Positions 35,770 to 47,830 of a DNA stretch of 64,000 nt are shown in pieces. The translations under genes and the position numbers were made by a program. The first letter of the stretch is position 1. Each line of letters begins with the position of its first letter. The stretch is from Lama guanicoe (taxonomy: Eukaryota), in contig MU053376.1 in the NCBI GenBank assembly GCA_013239625.1, positions 1,140,833 to 1,204,832 on the forward strand. The letters run 5' to 3'. Below the pieces are notes generated by a model. The model was given only the letters and a program-made list of their open reading frames with translations, did not search any database and was not told the origin of the DNA.

Positions 35770-36850
35770 AATTAAACTGTATTTTGAGATAAATTGTGGA
35801 TTCACATGCAGTTGTAAAAAATAACGCTTGTTACCCAATTTCCCTCAAGGATAACATCTTGCAAAGCTTATAGTACAATAATATCACAACCAGGATATGG
35901 AAAATTTTTTGAGTAATTTTTTTCTTTTTATGTATGCATCAATGAAACTACCACCACGATCAAGCTAGCTAACATTTCCATCACTCCCCAAGAGGTGCAA
36001 ATTTCGAATTCTCAGTTTATCGCTTCACACTGGTAACCATAGGTTTGTTCTCTATGTCTGTGAGTCTGTTCTGTTTTGTAGATAAGTTCATTTGTAATCT
36101 TTTTTTTAAGATTCTACATATAAGCGATATCATATGGTATTTTTCTTTCTTTTTCTGACTGACTTCACTTATAATGACAATCTCCAGGTCCATCCGCGTT
36201 GCTGCAAATGGCATTTTTATTCTTTTTTTGGCTGAGTAGTATTCCACTGTATACATATATACCACATCTTCTTTATCCAGTCATCTGTTAATGGACATTT
36301 GGGTTGTTTCCACGTCTTGGCTATTGTAAATATTGCTGCTGTGAACATTGGGGTACATGTGCCTTTTCGAATTGTATTTTCCTCCCAATATATGCCCAGG
36401 AGTGGATTGCTGGGTCACATGGTAAGTCTATTTTTAGTTTTTTGAGGAATCTCCACACTGCCCTCCATAGTGGCTGCACCAATTCACATTCCCACCAACA
36501 ATGTAGGCAAGTTCCTTTTTCTCTACACCCTCTCCAGTGCAGGATATGGAAATTGATTAGTCAAGATACAGAACATTTCCATCATCACAAGAACCGTTCA
36601 TGTTGCCTCTTTATATCCATACCTTCTTCTCTTGCCCCTCTCTCTCCAACCCCTGGCAACCACTAATCTGTTTCCTATTTCCATAATTTTGTCATTTCAA
36701 GAATGTCATATAAATAGAATCTTACAGCATGTCACCTTTGGGGACTGACTTTTTTGGCTCCCAGCATAATTCCCTGGAGACTCATCCAAGTTTTGCATGT
36801 ATCAATAATTCATTCCTTTTTAGTTCTGAGTAGCCTTCCATGCTATAGAT
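35770..36850 (-). mobile_element. Old L1M 3' fragment interrupted by a younger L1 insertion (35904-36539)
   Basis: L1 3' sequences throughout. Inner element bounded by TSD CAGGATATGGAAA at 35891-35903 and 36540-36552. Confidence 0.8.
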
Positions 36851-37183
36851 ATATCTTTGTAGATTTTTGTGAAGACTAAATGAGATAATATTTGTAAAGT
36901 GTTCAGTTCAGCTTCTGACACCTAGCAGGAGCCTGGTAAATCGCTATTAACTCTATTACTACTGTAACTACTGTCAACAAAACCAAGAAAAGGGAAAACT
37001 GAGAACAAGCACAAACATTTCGCCCCTCACTTAGAAATGACTTCCTGTAAGAAACAGAAGTCACAGCTCACAATAGGGCCATCTTAACATCGTGAGTTCT
37101 TGGCTTAGAAATTCCACTGTTTTTCAGGGTGAATTCCCTGGACTTACAAAGTAAGTAGCTCTGGAAGCTTCACAGAAGAAGGT

Positions 37184-37690
37184 TGTATTGGGGCTCAGAG
37201 CAGGCCACCCCAAGATATACTACCACATGGCATATTGATTATTTTAAGTTAGTTACTTGAGAAAGAGCCAGTGGAGAAATTTTGAGATTAAAAACACACT
37301 CTGAGCCCCTTTTTTCCCCCTGAAAGTGGGAAATAAATCTCCCATGTGAAAGCAGCCTCCCTACACCCAGAAGATAGAAAGCATCCTTCTCACCAGGGTT
37401 ATAGGGGGTTCAAGACACAGAAGGCCACGTGAACAAACTTCTCTGGTCTTCATTAGTCTGCGACCCCAAGCACAAGCCCCTTTGTTAAATCTTCACAATT
37501 AATTGTCTGAAAATGATATATAAACAGTCTGTTTTGGTCACTTCAGGGCTCCCATTTCTTTGGGACCTCAGTACATGTGAATTAAATTATTTTTCCCCCT
37601 CCCAATCATCTGTCTTGTGTCAATTTAATTATTAGATCAGCCAGAAGAACTCAAGGTGGGGTAGGGGGTAAATTTCACCCTCCCCCAAAA
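37184..37690 (+). mobile_element. Solo ERV1-class LTR (MER34/MER39-like)
   Basis: Starts TGTATTGGGGCTCAGAGCAGGCCACCCCAAGATA, has an internal TATATAAA (~37517) and ATTAAA (~37580), and ends ...ATTTCACCCTCCCCCA. Family assigned by recall. Confidence 0.7.
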
Positions 37691-38038
37691 GTTATGTTCT
37701 GTTTTCTCTATTCTATAAGAACCCATAAATTCCAAAAAAATGTGAACTGAATTAATGAAGCTTCACAGGAAGCTCCAAACATTTCACTTTTTCCTAGAGA
37801 CCATGCTCTGCCTAGAGGAACAGGGAAGCCTCAGTTTAAACTGTCTTCACAAAAAAAATCAGCACAGAGTGATCTGGAGGACTGAAAGCCATAGATCTCC
37901 CTCAAGAGGGCTTTTGGGGGCCCACCTTCAGCCTCTTTTGCCCACTGAGCCTTCTACCAAAGCCGTGAGTCAAGACTTCCTGTGTCGCCACCCATTCCAC
38001 TAGTGGGACAGCTCAATAAGCAGATATATGCTTATTGA

Positions 38039-38039
<1 letters not shown>

Positions 38040-38069
<30 letters not shown>

Positions 38070-38110
38070 GTGTGTGTGTGTGTATATATATATATGTATA
38101 TATATATATG
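38040..38110. repeat. Compound (TA)n/(TG)n microsatellite
   Basis: Direct reading. Confidence 0.95.
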
Positions 38111-38140
38111 CTTAGTACATATATATGTCTGCATAACTCA

Positions 38141-38231
38141 ATTTTTTTAAATGGAGGGACTGGGGATTGAACCTAGAACCTCATGCATGCTAAGCGCAAG
38201 CTCTACCACTGAGCTATACTCCCCCACCCCT
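38141..38231 (-). mobile_element. tRNA-Ala-derived SINE (Vic-1-like)
   Basis: Reverse complement of GGGGGAGTATAGCTCAGTGGTAGAG...GGTTCAATCCCCAGTCCCTCCAT plus an A-rich tail. Confidence 0.85.
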
Positions 38232-39315
38232 CTCATAATCTTAACAACAGCCCTAGGAAAGGTTGCCAGGTAGGTATTAGCACCCACTTTTTACACATGA
38301 GGACTCTGAGACTTTGTGAAATGAAACTACTGACTTAGGGCCATGCTAGTTGTTCGGGGTGGGTCTAGTCTGTGAATTCTAAGTCCAACATTCTTTCACT
38401 TTATCACAATTAAATCACAAGGGAAAGAATTGTACATTATTAAGGGTATCTAGCATCTCTACTGTCATCTGGCTTTTTGTCCAGTTACAGTGAAGGAAGG
38501 AGCCCAGACCCTCAGAGGGTTTCAGTGACTGCCCTCTCCCCACTGTCATACTGTCTGTTCCGGGCAGCATAGTTGGGAAAGGACTGGAATCCGGCCCCAG
38601 AATCGGCTCCATTCTAACCTAATGTTTATGTCCTGCAAACATCACCCTCTACAAGGACCATGGGATCTAGGGACTCAGATCCTTGGAAAAGTACTAAGAA
38701 CAGGATGCCTTCCAGGCCATGGCCTAATTGCTCCTTCTGGATGTGCTGGCTTGTCTCCATCTCCCCTACTCCCTCCCCCACAGCTCTTCCTCCCAGCCAG
38801 GTGACATCCTTTAGTCCTTACACTGAAAGCACATTGAGGAAGCTTGTAACCTAGCAACCGCCACTTAAGATTCCCTGAGTCACCTACGGCTTCCACGTCT
38901 GGGCTGAGTGCACCAAGCTGGGGACGTGCGAAGTGCCAAGCAGAGGTGGGGAGTCCCGTGACCCCTTTGATTCCTCACCAGCTTATTCCAGTGTGTAACC
39001 ACTTTCCCTGTCAGGAAGTTCTTCTTCACGTCAAGCCTAAATCCTTCTTGCTTTAAGACTTTGTGTTGCACTGGGCCTGGGTTTCTCTTCTCTCTTAGGA
39101 AGCGTTTGAGGTGTCAGCCTTCGTTACATGGTGGCACTGGGAAGGTCGGCAAGTGGGGAGAGGAGAGCTCATGGAAGCCTCTAAAGATGAAGCCTTGGTA
39201 CTTCGCAGTCTTTATTATTGTGATATTGATGTATCAGTCAAATTTGTTGAAAGGGTGCGCAGCCCCAGAAGAAGTCACTCAGTAAGTATTTTCTTAAAGG
39301 TCTCATCTTGGGTTT

Positions 39316-39412
39316 TTTAAATTTATTTTAAATGGAGGAACTGGGGATTGAACCCAGGACCTCTTGCGTGCTAAGCATGCGGTCTGCCACTGAGCTATAC
39401 CCTCCTCCCTTG
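39316..39412 (-). mobile_element. tRNA-Ala-derived SINE (Vic-1-like)
   Basis: tRNA-like head. TSD TCTTGGGTTT at 39306-39315 and 39413-39422. Confidence 0.9.
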
Positions 39413-42400
39413 TCTTGGGTTTATTAAGATCTAATTTCCATACAATAAAAATGCAGTCTGACTCAGCATCGACCGAGTTTATTAGCTATTCAGGGGCCAG
39501 CTTTCACTGAACTCTGTGGTAGGTAATGGGGAAGCTGAATGTGTGGGTGAGGGGACAGTTTCTTATTCCTAGTAAACCAGTCGCATTCCCAGCGTAGCCA
39601 ACCATGGATGGAGCAACTGTGTGGGGGGCCTCAAGGGACTGGCGGGGTGCCAAGTGCAGGGCACATCTGGGGGGCAGGGAAAGAGGAGTTGTTTATTAAG
39701 GGCTGTAGTAGCTCCTTTCTCCCTCCTCAGAAATACAGTTTACCTTCCTGTCGGTGGGCACCTCCCTCTGTGGGTACCACGCTGGTGGAGGGGCCCACCT
39801 GGAGCCCCAGAGGCTGGGATCACCTTGCCGGTGTGCTTCTCTTTCTGCATGCAGTGCCCCACTGTCATAGGGCAGTGAGGAGGTGTGTGGACTCTGGAAT
39901 CAGACTGGGCCTCTACCCTGCTTGGCCAACCCCTGGCTGTGTGGCCATGAGTAAGTCACTTATACCCTGAATCTCAGTTCCTCATCTGTGAAAAAGGGAA
40001 GAAGAAAATCTACTTTCTAGCATTATGGGAGGAACGGGGTGCCAGGCATGGTTCCTGGGCACGCAGTAGGTCCTCTGTGAAGGGCAGTTTGCTTTCCCCC
40101 CTTGTGATGGCAGGTTTCCGTACCTCTGACACTTTGTGTACTCCGGCCAGTGTGCCCAAGTAGCAGGTGCCAGTCTCACAAGGCAGGCTCCTTACCATGG
40201 CCCGCCCCCTCCATTTCTGGGCTTCTGTCTTGGACAGGATATCTTTCCCCCCAGCTAACTAGAGCCCCTTCCACTGCAGCCTAAACAGCATTCTGATCTG
40301 GAGAACAGCTGGTGCCCTTCCTTTAGATAATCACCTTCCTATTCCGTGCCAGAAGCTCGGGCTGTATTCAGGGGATGGGGAGAGAGGATGACTCAGCCAG
40401 TTAAGACTGAGGCTGCCAGCAGACCAAAGGAAGGGTTAATTCCTACCCGACATGGAAAAGCCTCATTAGGGCCTCCTCCTGCCCAACACCAGCCCAGAGG
40501 ATGGATTTTGGGCTCAAGTGGACTTGATTAGAGATGGTGTGACACAGGGGCCAATAATCACAATCATAATCTACATCTGTTCATGCGGCACTGCCACCCT
40601 TGGGGTCCCGCGGAATGGCCTCAGTGGTAGGTCTTTCCCTCCTGATCACGCAGCCTAGATTAGAGAGCTGAGTTAGTCACATTCCTTCCATTACCCCCCT
40701 TGCCCCCTCCTCCTCTAGAGCATAGCACTTAGCACGTGGCACATAGCATAGTACATAGCATATAGCACACGGCACGTGGCATAGGGCGTGGAGCCTGGAG
40801 CCTCAGGGGACTTAAGGATACCGGTTATGAACGCATCTGTCCACCTGTGAGCAACTTCCTGCCTATTTAGATAAAACTGGGACATTGGAAAGTGGATCAC
40901 AGATTAGGGATGCTGGGGAGGGGTGGTCATCTTGGTTTTCAGACTCACGAGCTGCACAATTTAGGGAAGAAATAGTCGGGAAGCTGCAAACTCCTCTGCT
41001 GTTTAACGCATAGGATGATAATGACAGCTGGAAGGGAAGCCTTCCCTGAAAGACCTTGGCGACTTCCCTGTGTTTATGGAGGAAATTGTAAGAGGAAATG
41101 GGGCTTAAAAGAAAGCCTGGGGATGTGTTATAAAAAGGAAGAATCTCCTGCTGGGGAGCATCAGAAAATTAAAACACCAGCATGAGGTGAGATGACAGGC
41201 CGTGGTGTCCCCTCCCCCGGAGATGCCGGAAATAGGAAAGACACAGGGCCTGAGAGTCAGGGGACCTCTGTGCCAGCCCACGTTTTGTCATAACAGGGCT
41301 GTGCACCTCTGGGCGAGTCATATCCACTCTGGTGTCTGTAAAATCAGAAGGAAGGAAGGAAGAGAGAGAAGACGGCAGCTTTAGGTCCCCCCTCCAAGCT
41401 GGAGCGCTCTTCCTCCGCGGGGCCTGCAGGGTGGGAAGCCCTAGAGAAAGAATCGTTTAACCCCAGGACAAAGCAGGTTCCAGAATGGACATCTTCGCAT
41501 TCTTCTGGGTGGTACAGATGCACAGAGGTCTGCCTCACCGGCTCTCGTAGGTGCTGCCCGCTACCCAAGCTCCAGTCACCGGAAGGGACTTTACTGGGGG
41601 CCTTCCCCTGTCCCCCAGTCAGCCAGGGACACGGGGGCCTGTGAGAGCTGCAGCTATTGCTAATGGGCGGGCTCCTTGTAGACCCTGGGCAGCCACCCGG
41701 AGGCCTAACCATGCTTCCTGGTGGGCCCTGCCATTTCTGGGGTGCCTGTTGCCTACCCACAGGCTGCCAGGACAGGGGGCAGAGGACCCAGGGCTCAACT
41801 CATCCTGATTCTGACCCATCCTCTAAAGGCAAAAATGGGCCCATTTGTCCCAGGCCACGAGGCCAGGGCCTGGCGGGGCACTGGGGGGTGATTATCCTCC
41901 ACCCCTTCTAATGCAGGGGATAGCAGCGCCGGCAGGGGGGCTTGGGCAGCTCTGTAGAGGAGCAGAGGCCGCAGGCTGGGGAAGGCAGCAGCAGAGAACA
42001 CACACACAGCTCTTTAAATGTCCATTAGTAAGTTAATACCGCCGTTTCTAGAGCCAGCAGCATCCTCCATTCTTCTTAATTAAAAAGAGCTCCATGTCCT
42101 GGCAGAGCTGAGAGAGGGCTCTGAATGATTTACACACCAGCCCCGCTGCTCCAGCAGGGGAATCGGCAAGGAATATTGATTGGCAGACGGGCCAGCCTGC
42201 CTGTCATGGATGGGGCGTGCGTACGGCCGCTGGGGGGCGAGTAAGGGGGGCCTGGATCTCCCGTTGGCAGGCTCTAAATGAGCAGGGCCATAGACCCACA
42301 GCCCAGTCCCACAAGGCTCTGAGGCCCAAGGATAAGGCCTTCTTCCTCTAACAAAAGTCTCACCTGCTCACCTCCTGCAGGGGCCCCCACCTCCCATTAA

Positions 42401-43316
42401 AACTATTTCATCCAAAGGACAAAACCTCAGGCTGTTGTCTCATCTCCATCCGGGCCCACTCCCTGGAGAGTCCTCGTTTCCAGCTGGGTACTGTTCACCT
42501 GATAAATCACATTTACTGGTTTTCTATTGATCATCACTGCTTCCATCAGGAGGAGGACTTCTCATGGCCTGACTCTCCTTCCCTGCCTTCCAGTTAGCAC
42601 CAAATTTTGTCTGAACCTGATATGCAGTGGGATCCAAGGCTCCAGGCCCTTTTATGGGACTGGGAAACGAGTGATGGGGGCCCACAAGTTGGACTGGTGT
42701 GAGATGACACTCAGCCTAGAGCCTCTTCGGAGCCAAGAACTGAGAGCATTTACCCTCAGAGGTTGCAGCCCTCTTTGCCCCTCCCTTCTTGCCAGGCCTT
42801 GGGGCAACTTCTAACAGAGCAGCCTCATGCTCCACCTCATGGCTCTACCCACCATCCTCCATGGATACCAGAAAAGCAGGTCCGGCTCATTCTCTCGCTG
42901 GAAAGAGGTTGTCCACCCTGGTTGGGACCTCTGTAGAGATATGGGGTGGTTTCCCTCTGGCACTGTCTCTCCTCACTGTCTCCCCCTGTCCTCTGGTGCT
43001 TCACATCTCTCTCTCTCTCACACACACACACACATGAGTGCACACGTGCCCTCCTCCTCAGAGATTCAGGAGACGGGATCAGGCAGAGGCACGTTAAAGA
43101 GGAGGGGGTAGGGACTGCAGAGCTGGCATCATCCAGTGCCCTGCTTTAACCCTTCCTCCCACGGGAGACCGGCAATCTGCTGCAGCAGCAAGGTTGCCAT
43201 CTGGTGTGGTGACCTGTGTTCTTTCTGTGCTAGAGACAGAGAAGGGAGGAGATGTGATGGGCTGGCTGCAAGAGGGCTTTGTGTGTGAGTGTGTGTTTAA
43301 GAATAGATGTAAGATA

Positions 43317-43461
43317 GGGAGGAGGGTATGGCTCAGTGGCAGAGTGTAAGCTTGGCATCCACAGGGTCCCAGGTTCAATCCCCAGTGCCTCCATTAATAA
43401 ATAAAGAAAATAAATAAACCTAATCACTGCCCCCCAAAAAAAACTAAAAAAAGAAAAAAGG
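43317..43461 (+). mobile_element. tRNA-Ala-derived SINE (Vic-1-like)
   Basis: Head plus TAAACCTAATCAC tail. TSD ATAGATGTAAGATA at 43303-43316 and 43462-43475. Confidence 0.9.
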
Positions 43462-43475
43462 ATAGATGTAAGATA

Positions 43476-43650
43476 AACCACAAGTGTCTACTGTGTAGCA
43501 CAGGGAACTATATTCAATATCTTATAGTAACCTATAATTCAAAAGAATATGGAAACGAATGTATATATGTACATGCATGACTGAAACATGATGCTGTACA
43601 CGAGACATTGGCACAACATTGTCAACTGACTATACTTCAATTTAAAGAAA
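43476..43650 (+). mobile_element. 5'-truncated L1 3' end (cetartiodactyl type)
   Basis: ...AGCACAGGGAACTATATTCAATATCTTATAGTAACCTATAAT...ACAACATTGTCAACTGACTATACTTCAAT plus an A tail. Same family as 2472-2723 and 16955-17121. Confidence 0.85.
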
Positions 43651-44154
43651 AAGAACGGATGTAAGAGAACCCAGGAAAAGGCAGAAACAGGCCGAGTCTC
43701 GGGTGAATCAGAGGGCCTGCCCGTTCTCATCAGCAGGCACTCCCAGGGTAGGCAGGTGTGCCCCTGGGAGGTCTGAGGATCCCAAGGAACTTGTACCGCT
43801 TTCCCAGCGGAGGAGATAGCCATGGCCCAAGCCCCTGAGCACCCATCCCTCGCCTGTCACCAGGAGATGGCTGCCTGTCCACGAACCTCAGTCCTTCCTG
43901 GACGTCACTAGGCAAGAAGTAGAATGATACCTCTATTCCTGCCCTGACTTAAAGGCTGGCACCCCAGCAGAGGTCACCACCAGGGACCCTGTGTGTCCTT
44001 TTGTCCTTGGCAGTCCCGGCCCTGAAAGGGCTATTTTCTTCTTTGGATGACATCCCTCCTCTGCAGTCCCAGCCTCAGGAGTTACGTTCCGAGAGGTTCC
44101 TCGGTGCAGACTCCCCCAGATCACAGGTGAAGGGCTCTTGTGATACTTCAGGGT

Positions 44155-44500
44155 GGGGGTTAGCAAACGTGACTCATGGGCCAAATCCAGCCCTCCACCT
44201 GTGTTTGTACTGCATGTAATCTGAGAACGGGTTTTACAGTTTTAAATGGTTGGGGGAAAAAATACAAAGACAAATGTTTTGTGACATGTGAAAATTATAT
44301 GAAATTCACATTTCATCGTCTATAAATAAAGTTATATTGGAACACAGCCACGCTCATTTGCTCATTCTTTTGTGTGTTGTCTGTGGCTGCTTTCCCACTA
44401 CAATGGTGGAATGGAATAGCTGTGACAGAGAGTGTATGGCCCGCAAAGTGTGAAGTGTTTACTGTCTGGCGCCCTTAATGGAAAACGTTTGTGCCTCACC
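44155..44500. mobile_element. hAT-Charlie non-autonomous DNA transposon (MER58B-like)
   Basis: GGGGTTAGCAAAC...GGGCCAAATCCAGCCC...AATAAAGTTATATTGGAACACAGCCACGCTCATT...TATGGCCCGCAAAG. Confidence 0.8.
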
Positions 44501-45324
44501 CTCCACCTTAGGCAGGAAACAGAAGGATGCCACTTTTTTCTCGCTAGTCTGCTTCTTGCTCACCTTGACATGAAATTGGTCCAGCAGCAGTACGTGACAA
44601 TGGAAGGGAACCAACAGTTGTTGGGCACCTACTCTGTAGCAGGCACATTTTCTCTGTATATCACATAATCTTTACAGCAATCTTGAGAGGAACAAGCATT
44701 AACAGTTGTTTACATCACGAAGGCACGGAGGCTCAGAGAGATTAGGAAACTCGCCCAAGCTCCTATGGCTAATCAGAAGAGGATTCTGGATTCAAACCCC
44801 GTTTTGTCTGAAACTATCCTTCCAAAACCAGTATCTTCTCCAGGCCACCAGGATTCTAAGATGACCTCCAGCAGCTCAGTGAGGACCCAGCCAAATGGCT
44901 GCTGATTTGGGCATCTACACGAACAGGAATTGAGACTCAGGCTCCAGGGAGCCAGACCCCATCTCAGGCTCCGTCATCCTCAGAGCCTGGTCTCTAGGTG
45001 AGGGGAGCATGGGCTGCAGGCAGCAAGTCAACATCACAACAGGGACGCCGCCGCGTCAGCGCCACCTCCCTCCTGCTTCCTCATCTTTTGCTATCTATTT
45101 TCATCACTTATTAGCTTTCCTTCGGGAAGATTCAATTTGCATTTAAATAGAAAACCTCTGGAATGGCTCTGATATAACAGTTAAGGTGCTAATTACAAAT
45201 TCAGTCCTCTTTAAATATTAAGGCACTTCGGTTCATCTCAGGGGTGGTGGAAGGCAGCAGGAATGCATGGCATTTATGAGTAATGCACTTCGAGCTGTTT
45301 ACTGCAAAGCCCTCACAACTGCCA

Positions 45325-45338
45325 CCAGCAGAGGGCAG
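45325..45338 (+). promoter_or_regulatory. Candidate CTCF site
   Basis: CCAGCAGAGGGCAG is a 14/14 match to CCASYAGRKGGCRS. Confidence 0.55.
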
Positions 45339-47079
45339 AGAGGAGGTGTTCTCAAGACCCATGGAGGGGGTGTGTGTCTTAGGAGCCTAAAGTCAACTAA
45401 AAATAAATGTCCAACAGCAACAATCCTTGAAAGAAACTGGAAGATGGCCAGCAGGATGGAAGCTGCTGGTTTGGAGCACAGGGATGTCCTCAGGTCGCCA
45501 GTTCCCTGAGTTGCTTGTAAGCATCTCGGGCGGGGCAGGGTCTCTGCCTCTCTTCTCTTGACACTCTCTCCCATCACCCAGCCTAATGCCCGGCATGCAA
45601 TGGAAATTCCAGGAATATTTGTTGAATTAATGAATGAATAAGTTAACCACTCAATTACGGGAGAGATCATTCATTCAACTGCTGTTTTGAGTCGGGCCTT
45701 GTATTGGACGATTTTCATAAGTCTCCTTGTTAAATGATTTCTTCCTCTGCATTTCCCCCCAGAGCTGTGCAGATGACACACTAACTCCTCCTTATCTTGA
45801 AGAATAGTACTTTGCGCTTTACACACTGATTTATAATTTCACATTCGTATGCCATGGTTAATAATTCTAGTAAAATTGTGTGGTGCACCAAGTTTTATTA
45901 TCCCCACGTCACAGGTAAGGAAACAAACCCAGAGGAGGTGAAGGGATTAGCCTCAGAGCACCCAGTTCAACTGGAAGCTCAGCCAGGACCTGGATCTCGG
46001 TCTCAGGGCTCCCAGCGGGGATCCCTTCCAAGTATTACAATCCCTGTCCTTCTGGTGCCAGGCTGGTTACTCTAGGATTCACAATGTCACACCCTAGACT
46101 TGGCCCTTGTCCTCAAGATGCTGGGGCCCAAAGTCCAGCTCATCCTCTCGGTCAAGCTCAGTGCCTGGTCTCCAGTCAAACCGCTCTAGAGCTGGTGCCC
46201 AGAAGGCCTCTCATTTCCTGCTGCCGCACCGGGGCTTGGAGCTCTCTGCTACATATACCACCCCTGCTTGTTGAAATACTCCTTCTTCAGTGCTCGGACT
46301 CAGTGCCACCAAGAGTAATCCTCCCATGTTTCTGAAGAACTTTATCTGTAACTGTGCCTTACATGATAATAACCACCACTGATATTCAGAGCACTAGGCC
46401 AAATTCATTACATATTGTACATAATCTGAACTTCATATGAACTTAATAATCATTGTTAACAAGTATATGGTGATTATTATGTGTCATGAGCTGATCTAAG
46501 TTTTATATATGTGTGTATAATTTAGCCTATAAGGTAGGTACAATTATCCCCACTTTGCAGATGAGGAAACTGAGGCTTAGGGAGGTTAAGTGACCTGCCC
46601 AAGCTCACAGGGCCAGAATAGGGTGTGAAATCCAGATTGCCTGGCCCCAGAGTCCACATGCCATCAGTGTAGAGGTTCTGTCTTTCCAGGCGGAAAGCAT
46701 TCTGAAGGCAGGCGCTGTATTGTGTGTCATTCCTGCCGCCCCTCTGAAGCCAAGCACAGCAACTTGTACATAGCTGATAATCAGTAAGTTGAGCTGAATT
46801 CAGACCAGAAGCTAGAAGTTCTGGTTGTTGGCTGGATGTTGGCCGGTCTGTGCCAGAGATGGTGATCTTTGAAGTTAGTTATCTAGGTTAAAACCAGCTG
46901 GGAAGGAACCTTTAACTGCAAAGCCAGCGATGCCTAGCTAAGGAGGAAAGGCACTTAGAGACCCCCACCCCTTCAGTCCTACGCCAGCCTGTCTCTAACA
47001 CCACTGCCTGTCTCCCCAGCAGCAGGCACTGGGAAAGCCAAGATGACATTCTGCAGAGATGGAATGAAATAAAACTTAC

Positions 47080-47555
47080 CTGACCAGGGGAAAGGGACAT
47101 CGAGTGATCACCTGCCAAAGACAAAGGAGGAGAGGGGGCTGGAGTCTCCTCCTCAAAGCAGGTTGAGGGCAGATTCAGCAGGGTCCCCAAGATCCCAAGG
47201 GCTTCCTCCTGGACCGACGAATCCCCTGCTGCTTCCTCTGGCCGATGAACTGGGATGCAGCCAGGCCCTATGCAGTGGGCACCTCCCTGAATGCACAGAA
47301 GTGCAGGGGTCCCTGAGCTCCAGGAACATGCCCCCCGCCCCCGCCCCCAGGAGGACCTCAGCCCTCTCGTGGAGGAGCCCTGGAGGCTGTGCCTGCCTCT
47401 CCCTGCTCCGTGCCTCAGCCGCGAGGGCCCGCTCTGGAAGGAGAGAGGGTGAGGGGGCGGACGCGCTCACACACTCAGACAATGACTGCCATGGAAACCA
47501 ACCAACAAAAAGGTTTAAGGCCCGGACTCCTCTGCCAGATGGGAGAGAGAAAGGG
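47080..47555 (-). other. KLHDC8A: Probable KLHDC8A non-coding first exon (5' end approximate)
   Basis: Consensus donor CAG|GTAAGT at 47080/47079. Locally raised CpG. TATA box about 30 nt upstream of the proposed start. The ~12.8-kb first intron agrees with my recollection of the human gene layout. Confidence 0.65.
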
Positions 47556-47830
47556 GCCGTCCTTGGCCTCACTGCCAGGGCTTTATACAAAGAGCAAACG
47601 TCCACATCAGCCCTAATCCAATGATTGCTGGTTTCCCCACTCGGGGGTGGTGGGGCTGTGGGTAAAAGGCAGAGGGGTGGGTTGACCTTTTCAGCTCAGA
47701 GTCCCAGGTAGCCACCGCACAACTTTGCCCGTCCACGCACGGAGGGCGCGTCAGTGTTCAGAGAGGGAGAGCAGCTCCTGGCAGAGCTCGGCACGTCCCT
47801 CCAGGTCGTGCCGAACCTTTCAGGGCGATC
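47556..47830 (-). promoter_or_regulatory. KLHDC8A: Probable distal KLHDC8A promoter
   Basis: Minus-strand GTATAAAG at 47581-47588. CCAAT (TCCAATGATTG) at about 47617-47627. GC/GT boxes and a CpG cluster at 47700-47830. Confidence 0.6.
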
